A DNA stretch of 64,000 bases from the human T2T-CHM13v2.0 reference genome, Homo sapiens. The DNA is taken from the NCBI RefSeq assembly GCF_009914755.1, contig NC_060937.1. The stretch is one strand, 5' to 3'. Positions 41,201 to 57,000 of the stretch are shown one piece after another. How positions within the stretch are numbered: the first letter of the stretch is position 1; each line of letters opens with the position of its first letter. Position numbers and translations under genes: made by a program. The notes beneath the pieces were generated by a model, which made no database searches, had not been told where the DNA came from, and saw only the letters and a list, made by a program, of their open reading frames with translations.

Positions 41201-44200
41201 TTATTCTGTACATAAAATATCAAAGTACTCCAGATATATATTCTATAGTGTACATAAAATATCAAAGTACCCAAACTATATATTATATACTGTGCATAAA
41301 ATATGAAATTACATCAAATATATATTAGGTACATAAAATATGAAAGTACATCAAACATAGATTATATACTGTACATAAAATATCAAAGTACCCGAAATAT
41401 ATATTATATACTGTACATGAAATATCAAAGTTCACAAACTATATATTATATACTGTACATAAAATATCAAAGTACCCAGGGTATATATTCTACACTGTAC
41501 AAAAAATATCAAAGTACCCAAAGCATGTATTATATACTGTACATAAAATATGAAAGTACATCAAATATATATTTTATTCTGTACATAAAATATCAAAGTA
41601 CACCAGATATATATTCTATAGTGTACATAAAATAACAAAGTACACAAACTATAAATTATATACTGTACATAAAATATGAAATGACATCAAATATATATTA
41701 GGTACATAAAATATGAAAGTACATCAAACATAGATTATATACGGTACATAAAATATCAATGTACCCCAAATATATATTATAAACTCTACATGAAATATCA
41801 AAGTTCACAAACCATATATTATATACTGTACATAAAATATCAAAGTAGCCAAGGTATATATTCTATATTGTACAAAAAATATCAAAGTACCGATAGCATG
41901 TATTATATACTGTACATAAAATATGAAAGTACATCAAATATATATTTTATTCTGTACATAAAATATCAAAGTACACCAGATATATATTCTATAGGGTACA
42001 TAAAATATCAAAGTACCCAAACAATAAATTATATACTTTACATAAAATATGAAATTACATCAAATATATATTAGGTACATAAAATATGAAAGTACATCAA
42101 ATATAGATTATATACTGTACATAAAATATCAATGTACCCCAAATTTATATTTTATACTCTACATGAAATATCAAAGTTCACAAACCATATATTATATACT
42201 GTACATAAAATATCAAAGTACCCAAGGTATATATTCTAATCTGTACAAAAAGTATCAAAGTACCCAAAGCATGTAATATATACTGTACATAAAATATGAA
42301 AGTACATCAAATATATATTTTATTCTGTACATAAAATATCAAAGTACACCAGATATATATTCTATAGTGTACATAAAATATCAAAGTACCCAAACTATAC
42401 ATTATATACTGTACATAAAATATGAAATTTCATCAAATATATATTAGGTACATAAAATATGAAAGTACATCAAATATAGATTATATACTGTACATAAAAT
42501 ATCAAAGTACCCCAAATATATATTATATACTGTACATGAAATATCAAAGTTCACAAAATATATATTATATACTGTACATAAAATATCAAAGTACCCAAGG
42601 TATATATTCTATCCTGTACAAAAAATATCAAAGTACCCAAGCATGTATTATATACTGTATATAAAATATGAAAGTACATCAAATATATATTTTATTCTGT
42701 ACATAAAATATCAAAGTACACCAGATATATATTCTATAGTGTACATAAAATAACAAAGTACACAAACTATAAATTATATGCTGTACATAAAATATGAAAT
42801 TACATCAAATATATATTAGGTACATAAAATATGAAAGTACATCAAATATAGATTATATACTGTACAAAAAATATCAATGTACCCCAAATATATATTTTAT
42901 ACTCTACATGAAATATCAAAGTTCACAAACCATATATTATATACTGTACATAAAATATCAAAGTACAAAAGGTATATATTCTATACTGTAGAAAAAATAA
43001 CAAAGTACCCATAGCATGTATTATATACTGTACATAAAATATGAAAGTACATCAAATATATATTTTATTCTGTACATAAAATATCAAAGTACACCAGATA
43101 TATATTCTATAGTGTACATAAAATATCAAAGTACCCAAACTACAAATTATATACTTTACATAAAATATGAAATTACATCAAATATATATTAGGTACGTAA
43201 AATATGAATGTACATCAAATATAGATTATATACTGTACATAAAATATCAAAGTACCCCAAATATATATTATATACTGTACATGAAATATCAAACTTCACA
43301 AACTATATATTATATACTGTACATAAAATATCAAAGTACCCAAGGTATATATTCTATACTGTACAAAAAATATCAAAGTACCCAAAGCATGTATTATATA
43401 CTCTACATAAAATATGAAAGTACATCAAATATATATTTTATTCTGTACATAAAATATCAAAGTACACCAGATATATATTCTATAGTGTACATAAAATATC
43501 AAAGTACCCAAACTATACATTATATACTGTACATAAAATATGAAATTACATCAAATATATATTATATTAGGTACATAAAATATGAAAGTACATCAAATAT
43601 AGATTATATACTGTACATAAAATATCAAAGTACCCAAATATATATTATATACTCTACATGAAATATCAAAGTTCACACACTATATATTATATACTGTACA
43701 TAAAATATCAAAGTACCCAAGGTATATATTCTATACTGTACAAAAAATATCAAAGTACCCAAAGCATGTATTATATACTGTATATAAAATATGAAAGTAC
43801 ATCAAATATATATTTTATTCTGTACATAAAATATCAAAGTACACCAGATATATATTCTATAGTGTACATAAAATAACAAAGTACACAAACTATACATTAT
43901 ATACTGTACATAAAATATGAAATTACATCAAATATATATTGGGTACCTAAAATATGAAAGTACATCAAATATAGATTATATACTGTATATAAAATATCAA
44001 TGTTCCCTAAATATATATTTTATACTCGACATGAAATATCAAAGTTCACAAACCATATATTATATACTGTACATAAAATATCAAAGTACCCAAGGTATAT
44101 ATTCTATACTGTACAAAAAATATCAAAGTACCCAAAGCATGTATTATATACTGTACATAAAATATGAAAGTACATCAAATATATATTTTATTCTGTACAT

Positions 44201-45090
44201 AAAACATCTAAGTACACCAGATATATATTCTATAGTGTACATAAAATATCAAAGTACCCAAACTATACATTATATACTGTACATAAAATATGAAATTACA
44301 TCAAATATATATTAAATTAGGTACATAAAATATGAAAGTACATCAAATATAGATTATATACTGTACATTAAATACCCAAGTACCCCAAATATATATTTTA
44401 TACTGTACATGAAATATCAAATTTCACAAACTATATATTATATACTGTACATAAAATATCAAAGTACCCAAGGTATATATTCTATACTGTACAAAAAATA
44501 TCAAAGTACCCAAAGCATGTATTATAAACTGTACATAAAATATGAAAGTACATCAACTATATATTTTATTCTGTACATAAAATATCAAAGTACACCAGAT
44601 ATATATTCTATAGTGTACATAAAATATCAAAGTACCCAAACTATACATTATATACTGTACATAAAATATGAAATTACATCAAATATATATTATATTAGGT
44701 ACATAAAATATGAAAGCACATCAAATATAGATTATATACTGTACATAAATTATCAAAGTACCCAAATATATATTATATACTCTACAGGAAATATCAAAGT
44801 TCACACACTATATATTATACACTGTACATAAAATATCAAAGTACCCTAGGTATATATTCTATACTGTACAAAAAATATCAAAGTACCCAAAGCATGTATT
44901 ATATACTGTATGTAAAATATGAAATTACATCAAATATATATTTTATTCTGTACATAAAATATCAAAGTACACCAGATATATATTCTATAGTGTACATAAA
45001 ATAACAAAGTACACAAACTATAAATCATATACTGTACATAAAATATGAAATTACATCAAATATATATTAGGTACATAAAATATGAAAGTA
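38220..45090 (+). repeat. 7093-bp duplication, copy 2
   Basis: Same ordered private variants (GTACACGAG, ATAATAAATC, AAAAATAAAGTACCCATAG, GTACCGATAG, TGTTCCCTAA, CTCGACATG, TATTAAATTAGG), with a few distinguishing SNVs. Confidence 0.9.
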
Positions 45091-46939
45091 CATCAAATAT
45101 AGATTATATACTGTACATAAAATATCAATGTACCCCAAATATATATTATATACTGTACATGAAATATCAAAGATCTCAAACCATATATTATATACTGTAC
45201 ATAAAATATCAAAGTACCCAAGGTATATATTCTATACTGTACAAAAAATATCAAAGTACCCAAAACATGTACTATAAACTGTACATAAAATATGAAAGTA
45301 CATCAAATATATATTTTATTCTGTACATAAAATATCAAAGTACACCAGATATATATTCTATAGTGTACATAAAATATCAAAGTACCCAAACTATACATTA
45401 TATACTGTACATAAAATATGAAATTACATCAAATATATATTAGGTACATAAAATATGAAAGTACATCAAATATAGATTATATACTGTACATATAATATCA
45501 ATGTACCCCAAATATATATTTTGTACTCTACATGAAATATCAAAGTTCACAAACTATATATTATATACTGTACATAAAATATCAAAGTACCCAAGGTATA
45601 TATTCTATACTGTACAAAAAATATCAAAGTACCCAAAGCATGTATTATATACTGTACATAAAATATGAAAGTCCATCAAATATATATTTTATTCTGTACA
45701 TAAAATATCAAAGTACACCAGATATATATTCTATAGTGTACATAAAATATCAAAGTACCCAAACTATACATTATATACTGTACATAAAATATGAAATTAC
45801 ATCAAATATATATTAGGTACATAAAATATGAAAGTTCATCAAATATAGATTATATACTGTACATAAAATATCAAAGTACCCAAATATATATTACATACTC
45901 TACATGAAATATCAAAGTTCACAAACTATATATTATATACTGTACATAAAATATCAAGCTACCCAAGGTATATATTCTATACTGTACAAAAAATATCAAA
46001 GTACCCAAAGCATGTATTATAAACTGTACATAAAATATGAAAGTACGTCAAATATATATTTTATTCTGTACATAAAATATCAAAGTACACCAGATATATA
46101 TTCTATAGTGTACCTAAAATATCAAATTACCCAAACTATACATTATATACTTTACATAAAATATGAAATTACATCAAATATATATTATATTAGGTACATA
46201 AAATATGAAAGTACATCAAATATAGATTATATACTGTACATTATATACCAAAGTATCCCAAATATATATTATATACTCTACATGAAATATCAAAGTTCAC
46301 ACACTATATATTATATACTGTACATAAAATATCAAAATACCCTAGGTATATATTCTATACTGTACAAAAAATATCAAAGTACCCAAAGCATGTATTATAA
46401 ACTGTACATAAAATATGAAATTACATCAAATATATATTTTATTATGTACATAAAATATGAAAGTACACCAGATATATATTCTATAGTGTACATAAAATAA
46501 CAAAGTACACAAACTATAAATTATATACTGTACATAAAATATGAAATTACATCAAATATATATTAGGTACCTAAAATATGAAAGTACATCAAATATAGAT
46601 TATATACTGTACATAAAATATCAATGTACCCCAAATATATATTTTATACTCGACATGAAATATCAAAGTTCACAAACCATATATTATATACTGTACATAA
46701 AATATCAAAGTACCCAAGGTATATATTCAATACTGTACAAAAAATATCAAAGTACCCAAAGCATGTATTATATACTGTACATAAAATATGAAAGTACATC
46801 AAATATATATTTTATTCTGTACATAAAATATCAAAGTACACCAGATATATATTCTATAGTGTACTTAAAATATCAAAGTACCCAAACTATACATTATATA
46901 CTGTACATAAAATATGAAATTACATCAAATATATATTAT

Positions 46940-49900
46940 ATTAGGTACATAAAATATGAAAGTACATCAAATATAGATTATATACTGTACATTAAATACC
47001 AAAGTACCCCAAATATATATTTTATACTGTACATGAAATATCACAGTTCACACACTATATATTATATACTGTACATAAAATATCAAAGTACCCAAGGTAT
47101 ATATTCTATACTGTACAAAAAATATCAAAGTACCCAAAGCATGTATTACAAACTGTACATAAAATATGAAAGTACATCAAATATATATTTTATTCTGTAC
47201 ATAAAATATCAAAGTACACCAGATATATATTCTATAGTGTACATAAAATATCAAAGTACCCAAACTATACATTATATACTGTACATAAAATATGAAATTA
47301 CATCAAATATATATTATATTAGGTACATAAAATATGAAAGTACATCAAATATAGATTATATACTGTACATAATATATCAAAGTACCCCAAATATATATTA
47401 TATACTCTACATGAAATATCAAAGTTCACAAACTATATATTATATACTGTACATAAAATATCAAAGTACCCAAGGTATATATTCTATACTGCACAAAAAA
47501 ATCAAAGTACTCAAAGCATGTATTATATACTGTATTTAAAATATGAAAGTACATCAAATATATATTTTATTCTCTACATAATATATCAAAGTACACCAGA
47601 TATATATTCTATAGTGTACATAAAATAACAAAGTACACAAACTATAAATTATATACTGTACATAAAATATGAAATTACATCAAAAATATATTAGGTACAT
47701 AAAATATGAAAGTACATCAACTATAGATTATATACTGTACATAAAATATCAATGTACCACAAATATATATTTTATACTCTACATGAAATATCAAAGTTCA
47801 CAAACCATATATTATATACTGTACATAAAATATCAAAGTACCCAAGGTATGTATTCTATACTGTACAAAAAATATCAAAGAACCCAAAGCATGTATTATA
47901 TACTGTACATAAAATATGAAAGTACATCAAATATATATTTTATTCTGTACATAAAATATCAAAGTACACCAGATATATATTCTATAGTGTACATAAAATA
48001 TCAAAGTACCCAAACTATACATTATATACTGTACATAAAATATGAAATTACATCAAATATATATTAAGTACATAAAATATGAAAGTACATCAAATATAGA
48101 TTATATACTGTACATAAAATATCAATGTACCCCAAATATATATTTTATACTCTACATGAAATATCAAAGTTCACAAACCATATATTATATACTGTACATA
48201 AAATATCAAAGTACCCAAGGTATATATTCTATACTATACAAAAAATATCAAGGTACCCAAAGCATGTATTATATATTGTACATAAAATATGAAAGTACAT
48301 CAAATATATATTTTATTCTGTACATAAAATATCAAAGTACACCAGATATATATTCTATAGTGTACATAAAATATCAAAGTACCCAAACTATACATTATAT
48401 ACTGTACATAAAATATGAAATTACATCAAATATATATTAGGTACATAAAATATGAAAGTACATCAAATATAGTTTATATACTGTACATAAAATATCAAAG
48501 TACCCCAAATATATATTATATACTCTACAGGAAATATCAAAGTTCACACACTATATATTATATACTGTACATAAAATATCAAAGTACCCAAGGTATATAT
48601 TCTATACTGTACAAAAAATATCAATATACCCAAAGCATGTATTATATACTGTATATAAAATATGAAAGTACATCAAATATATATTTTATTCTGTACGTAA
48701 AATATCAAAGTACACCAGATATATATTCTATAGTGTACATAAAATAACAAAGTACACAATCTATAAATTATATACTGTACATAAAATATGAAATTACATC
48801 AAATATATATTAGGTACATAAAATATGAAAGTACATCAAATATAGATTATATACTGTACATAAAATATCAATGTACCCCAAATATATATTTTATACTCTA
48901 CATGAAATATCAAAGTTCACAAACCATGTATTGTATACTGTACATAAAATATCAAAGTACCCAAGGTATGTATTCTATACTGTACAAAAAATATCAAAGT
49001 ACCCAAAGCATGTATTATATACTGTACATAAAATATGAAAGTACATCAAATATATATTTTATTCTGTACATAAAATATCAAAGTACACCAGATATATATT
49101 CTATAGTGTACATAAAATATCAAAGTACCCAAACTATACATTATATACTGTAAATAAAATATGAAATTACATCAAATATATTTTATATTAGGTACATAAA
49201 ATATGAAAGTACATCAAATATAGATTATATACTGTACATTAAGTACCAAAGTACCCCAAATATATATTTTATACTGTACATGAAATATCAAAGTTCACAA
49301 ACTATATATTATATACTGTACATAAAATATCAAAGTACTCAAGGTATATATTCTATACTGTACAAAAAATAACAAAGTACCAAAAGCATGTATTATATAC
49401 TGTACCTAAAATATGAAATTACATCAAATATATATTTTATTCTGTACATAAAATATCAAAGTACACCAGATATGTATTCTATAGTGTACATAAAATATCA
49501 AAGTACCCAAACTATTTATTATATACTGTACATAAAATATGAAATTACATCAAATATATATTATATTAGGTACATAAAATATGAAAGTACATCAAATATA
49601 GATTATATGCTGTACATTAAATACCAAAGTACCCCAAATATATATTTTATACTGTACATGAAATATCAAAGTTCACAAACTATATATTATATACTGTACA
49701 TAAAATATCAAAGTACCCAAGGTATATATTCTATACTGTAAAAAAAATATCAAAGTACCCAAAGCACGTATTATATACTGTACATAAAATATGAAAGTAC
49801 ATCATATATATATTTTATTCTGTACATAAAATATCAAAGTACACCAGATATATATTCTATAGTGTACATAAAATATCAAAGTACCCAAACTATACATTAT

Positions 49901-52880
49901 ATACTGTACATAAAATATGAAATTACATCAAATATATATTAGGTACATAAAATATGAAAGTACATCAAATATAGATTATATACTGTACATAAAATAACAA
50001 TGTACCCCAAATATATATTTTATACTCTACATGAAATATCAAAGTTCACAAACCATATCTTATAAACTGTACATAAAATATCAAAGTACCCAAGGTATAT
50101 ATTCTATACTGTACAAAAAATATCAAAGTACCCAAAGCATGTATTATATACTGTACATAAAATATGAAAGTACATCAAATATAGATTTTATTCTGTACAT
50201 AAAATATCAAAGTACACCAGATATATATTCTATAGTGTACATAAAATAACAAAGTACCCAAACTATACATTATATACTGTACATAAAACATGAAATTACA
50301 TAAAATATATATTATATTAGGTACATAAAATATGAAAGTATATCAAATATAGATTATATACTGTACATTAAATAGCAAAGTACCCCAAATATATATTTTA
50401 TACTGTACATGAAATATCAAAGTTCACAAACTATATATTATATACTGTACATGTAATATCAAAGTTCCCGAGGTATATATTCTATACTGTACAAAAAATA
50501 ACAAAGTACCAAAAGCACGTATTATATACTGTACCTAAAATATGAAAGTACATCAAATATATATTTTATTCTGTACATAAAATATCAAAGTACAACAGAT
50601 ATATATTCTATAGTGTACATAAAATATCAAAGTACCCAAACTATACATTATATACTGTACATAAAATATGAAATTACATCAAATATATATTAGGTACATA
50701 AAATATGAAAGTACATCAAATATAGATTATATACTGTACATAAAATATCAAAGTACCCCAAATATATATTATATACTGTACATGAAATATCAAAGTTCAC
50801 AAACTATATATTATATACTGTACATAAAATATCAAGGTACCCAAGGTATATATTCTATACTGTACAAAAAATATCAAAGTACCCAAAGCATGTATTATAT
50901 ACTGTACATAAAATATGAAAGTACATCAAATATATATTTTATTCTGTACATAAAATATCAAGGTACACCAGATATATATTCTATAGTGTACATAAAATAG
51001 CAAAGTACACAAACTATCCATTATATACTGTACATAAAATATGAAATTACATCAAATATATATTAGGTACATAAAATATGAAAGTACATCAAATATAGAT
51101 TATATACTGTACATAAAATATCAATGTACCCCAAATATATATTTTATACTGTACATGAAATATCAAAGTTCACAAACCATATATTATATACTCTACATAA
51201 AATATCAAAGTACCCAAGCTATATATTCTATACTGCACAAAAAATATCAAAGTACCCAAAGCATGTATTATATACTGTATATAAAATATGAAAGTACATC
51301 AAATATATATTTTATTCTGTACATAAAATATCAAAGTACACCAGATATATATTCTATAGAGTACATAAAATATCAAAGTACCCAAACTATACATTATATA
51401 CTGTACATAAAATATGAAATTACATCAAATATATATTATATTAGGTACATAAAATATGAAAGTACATCAAATATAGATTACATACTGTACATTAAATAAC
51501 AAAGTACCCCGAATATATATTTTATACTGTACATGAAATATCAAAGTTCACACACTATATATTATATACTGTATATAAAATATCAAAGTACCCAAGTTAT
51601 ATATTCTATACTGTACAAAAAATATCAAAGTACCCAAAGCATGTATTATATACTGTACTTAAAATAGGAAAGTACATCAAATATATATTTTATTCTGTAC
51701 ATAATGTATCAAAGTACACCAGACATATATTCTATAGAGTACATAAAATATCAAAGTACCCAAACTATACATTATATACTGTACATAAAATATGAAATTA
51801 CATCAAATATATATTATATTAGGTACATAAAACATGAAAGTACATCAAATATAGATTATATACTGTACATTAAATACGAAAGTACCCCAAATATATATTT
51901 TATACTGTACATGAAATATCACAGTTCACACACTATATATTATATACTGTACATAAAATATCAAAGTACCCAAGGTATATATTCTATACTGTACAAAAAA
52001 TATCAAAGTATCCAAAGCATGTATTACAAACTGTACATAAAATATGAAAGTACATCAAATATATATTTTATTCTGTACATAAAATATCAAAGTACACCAG
52101 ATATATATTCTATAGAGTACATAAAATATCAAAGTACCCAAACTACACATTATATCCTGTACATAAAATATGAAATTACCTCAAATATATATTATATTAG
52201 GTACATAAAATATGAAAGTACATCAAATATAGATTATATACTGTACATAATATATCAAAGTACCCCAAATATATATTATATACTCTACATGAAATATCAA
52301 AGTTCACAAACTATATATTATAGACTGTACATAAAATATCAAAGTGCCCAAGGTATATATTCTATACTGCACAAAAAAATCAAAGTACCCAAAGCATGTA
52401 TTATATACTGTATTTAAAATATGAAAGTACATCAAATATATATTTTATTCTCTACAAAATATATGAAAGTACACCAGATATATATTCTATAGTGTACATA
52501 AAATAACAAAGTACACAAACTATAAATTATATACTGTACATAAAATATGAAATTACATCAAAATTATATTAGGTACATAAAATATGAAAGTACATCAAAT
52601 ATAGATTATATACTGTACATAAAATATCAATGTACCCCAAATATATATTTTTTACTCTACATGAAATATCAAAGTTCACAAACCATATATTGTATACTGT
52701 ACATAAAATATCAAAGTACCCAAGGTATGTATTCTATACTGTACAAAAAATATCAAAGAACCCAAAGCATGTATTATATACTGTACATAAAATATGAAAG
52801 TACATCAAATATATATTTTATTCTGTACATAAAATATCAAAGTACACCAGATATATATTCTATAGTGTACATAAAATATC
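46940..52880 (+). repeat. Older duplication with 4878-bp offset (about 46940-48000 vs about 51820-52880); the intervening 48060-51800 is paralogous to 5560-13440 and 26090-29100
   Basis: Markers TCACAGTTCACAC, ATTACAAACT, GCACAAAAAAATCAAAG, TGTATTTAAA and AAAGAACCC are shared; ORFs 47669/52547. ORF offsets 5543/48042, 5916/48415, 6289/48788, 6889/49388 (42499) and 26292/49388 (23096). Confidence 0.78.
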
Positions 52881-54099
52881 AAAGTACAGAAACTATACAT
52901 TATATACTGTACATAAAATATGAAATTACATCAAATATATATTAGGTACATAAAATATGAAAGTACATCAAATATAGATTATATACTGTACATAAAATAT
53001 CAAAGTACCCCAAATATATATTATATACTGTACATGAAATATCAAAGTTCACAAACTATATATTATATATTGTACATAAAATATCAAAGTACCCAAGGTA
53101 TATATTCTATACTGTACAAAAAATATCAAAGTACCCAAAGCATGGATCATATACTGTATATAAAATATGAAAGTACATTAAATATATATTTTATTCTGTA
53201 CATAAAATATCAAAGTACACCGTATATATATTCTATAGTGTACATAAAATAACAAAGTACACAAACTATAAATTATATACTGTACATAAAATATGAAATT
53301 ACATCAAATATATATTAGGTACATAAAATATGAAAGTACATCAAATATAGATTTTATACTGTACATAAAATATCAAAGTACCCCAAATATATATTATATA
53401 CTGTACATGAAATATCAAAGTTCACAAACTATATATTATATACTGTACATAAAATATCAAAGTACCCAAGGTATATATTCTATACTGTACAAAAAATATC
53501 AAAGTACCCAAAGCATGTATTATATACTGTACATAAAGTACGAAAGTACATCAAATATATATTTTATTCTGTACATAAAATATCAAGGTACACCAGATAT
53601 ATATTCTATAGTGTACATAAAATATCAAAGTACCCAAACTATAAATTATATACTGTACATAAAATATGAAATTACATCAAATATATATTATATTTGGTAC
53701 ATAAAATATGAAAGTACATCAAATATAGATTATATACTCTACCTTAAATACCAAAATACCCCAAATATATATTTTATACTGTACATGAAATATCAAAGTT
53801 CACAAACTATATATTATGTACTGTACATAAAATATGAAATTACATCAAATATATATTAAGTACATAAAATATGAAAGTACATCAAATATAGATTATATAC
53901 TGTACATAAAATATCAATGTACCCCAAATATATATTTTATACTCTACATGAAATATCAAAGTTCACACACTATATATTATATACTGTACATAAAATATCA
54001 AAGTACCCAAGGTATATATTCTATACTGTACAAAAAATATCTAAGTACCCAAAGCATGTATTATATACTGTATATAAAATATGAAAGTACATCAAATAT

Positions 54100-57000
54100 A
54101 TATTTTATTCTGTAAATAAAATATCAAAGTACACCAGATATATATTCTATAGTGTACATAAAATATCAAAGTACCCAAAATATACATTATATACTGTACA
54201 TAAAATATGAAATTGCAACAAATATATATTAGGTACATAAAATATGAAAGTACATCAAATATAGATTATATACTGTACATTAAATACCAAAGTACCCCAA
54301 ATATATATTTTATACTGTACATGAAATATCAAAGTTCACAAACTATATATTATATACTGTACATATAATATCAAAGTACCCAAGGTATATATTCTATACT
54401 GTACAAAGTAACAAAGTAACAAAAGCATGTATTATATACTGTACCTAAAACATGAAAGTACATCAAATATATATTTTATTCTGTACATAAATTATCAAAC
54501 TACACCAGATATATATTCTATAGTGTACATAAAATAACAAAGTACACAAACTATAAATTATATACTGTATATAAAATATGAAATTACATCAAATATATAT
54601 TAGGTACAGAAATATGAAAGTACATAAAATATAGATTATATACTGTACATAAAATATCAATGTACCCCAAATATATATTTTATACTCTACATGAAATATC
54701 AAAGTTCACAAACCATATATTATATACTGTACATAAAATATCAAAGTACCCAAGGTATATATACTATACTGTACAAAAAATATCAAAGTACCCAAAGCAT
54801 GTATTATATACTGTACATAAAATATGAAAGTACATCAAATATATATTTTATTCTTTACATAAAATATCAAAGTACACCAGATATATATTCTATAGTGTAC
54901 ATAAAATATCAAAGTTCCCAAACTATACATTATATACTGTACATAAAATATGAAATTACATCAAATATATATTATATTAGGTACATAAAATATGAAAGTA
55001 CATCAAATATAGATTATATACTGTACATAATATATCAAAGTACCCCAAATATATATTATATACTATACATGAAATATCAAAGTTCACAAACTATATATTA
55101 TATACTGTACAAAAAATATCAAAGTACCCAAGGTATATATTCTATACTGTACAAAAAATATCAAAGTACCCAAAGCATGTATTATATACTATACATAAAA
55201 TATGAAATTACATCAAATATGTATTAGGTACATAAAATATGAAAGTACATCAAATATAGATTATATACTGTACATAAAATATCAAAGTACCCCAAATATA
55301 TATTATATACTCTACATGAAATATCAAAGTTCACAAACCATATATTATATACTGTACATAAAATATCAAAGTACCCAAGGTATATATTCTATACTGCACA
55401 AAAAATATCAAAGTACCCAAAGCATGTATTATATACTGTACATAAAATATGAAAGTACATCAATTATATATTTTATTCTGTACATAAAATATCAAAGTAC
55501 AACAGATATATATTCTATAGTGTCCATAAAATAACAAAGTACCCAAACTATACATTATATACTGTACATAAAATATGAAATTACATCAAATATATATTAT
55601 ATTAGGTACATAAAATATGAGATTACATCAAATATAGATTATATACTGTACATAAAATATCAAAGTACCCCAAATATATACTATATACTGTACATGAAAT
55701 ATCAAAGTTCACAAACTATATATTATATACTGTACATAAGATATCAAAGTACCCAAGTTATATATTCTATACTGTACAAAAAATATCAAAGTACCCAAAG
55801 CATGTATTATATGCTGTACATAAAATATGAAAGTACATCAAATATATATTTTATTCTGTACATAGAATATCAAAGTACACCAAATATATATTCTATACTG
55901 TACATAAAATATCAAAGTACCCAAACTATACATTATATACTGTACATAAAATATGAAATTAGGTCAAATATATATTATATTAGGTACATAAAATTTGAAA
56001 GTACATCAAATATAGATTATCTATTGTACATAAAATATCAAAATACCCCAAATATACATTATATACTCTACATGAAATATCAAAATACACAAACTATATA
56101 TTATATACTGTACATAAAATATCAAAGTACCCAAGGTATGTATTCTATACTGTACAAAAAATATCAAAGTTCCCAAAGCAAGTATTATATACCGTACATA
56201 AAATATGAAAGTACATCAAATATATATTTTATTCTGTACATGAAATATGAAAGTACACAAGATATATATTTTATAGTGTACAAAAAATATCAAAGTACCC
56301 AAAGCATGTATTATAAACTGTACATAAAATATGAAATTACATCAAATATATATTATATTAGGTACATAAAATATGAAAGTACATCAAATATAGATTATAT
56401 ACTGTACATAAAATATCAAAGTACCCCAAATATATATTATATACTCTACGTGAAATATCAAAGTTCACAAACTATATATTATATACTGTACATAAAATAC
56501 CAAAGTACCCAAGCTATATATTCTATACTGCACAAAAAATATCAAAGTACCCAAAGCATGTATTATATACTGTACATAAAATTTGAAAGTACATCAAATA
56601 TATATTTTATTCTGTACATAAAATATCAAAGTACACCAGATATATATTCTATAGTGTACATAAAATATCAAAGTACACAAAACTATACATTATATACTGT
56701 ACATAAAATATGAAATTACATCAATATATATTAGGTACATAAAATATGAAAGTATATCAAATATAGATTATATACTGTACATAAAATATCAAAGTACACC
56801 AAATATATATTATATACTCTACATGAAATATCAAAGTTCACAAACTATATATTATATACCGTACATACAATATCAAAGTACCCAAGGTATATATTCTATA
56901 CTGTACAAAAAATATCAAAGTACCTAAAGCATGTATTATATACTGTATATAAAATATGAAAGTACATCAAATATATATTTTATTCTGTACATAAAAATCA

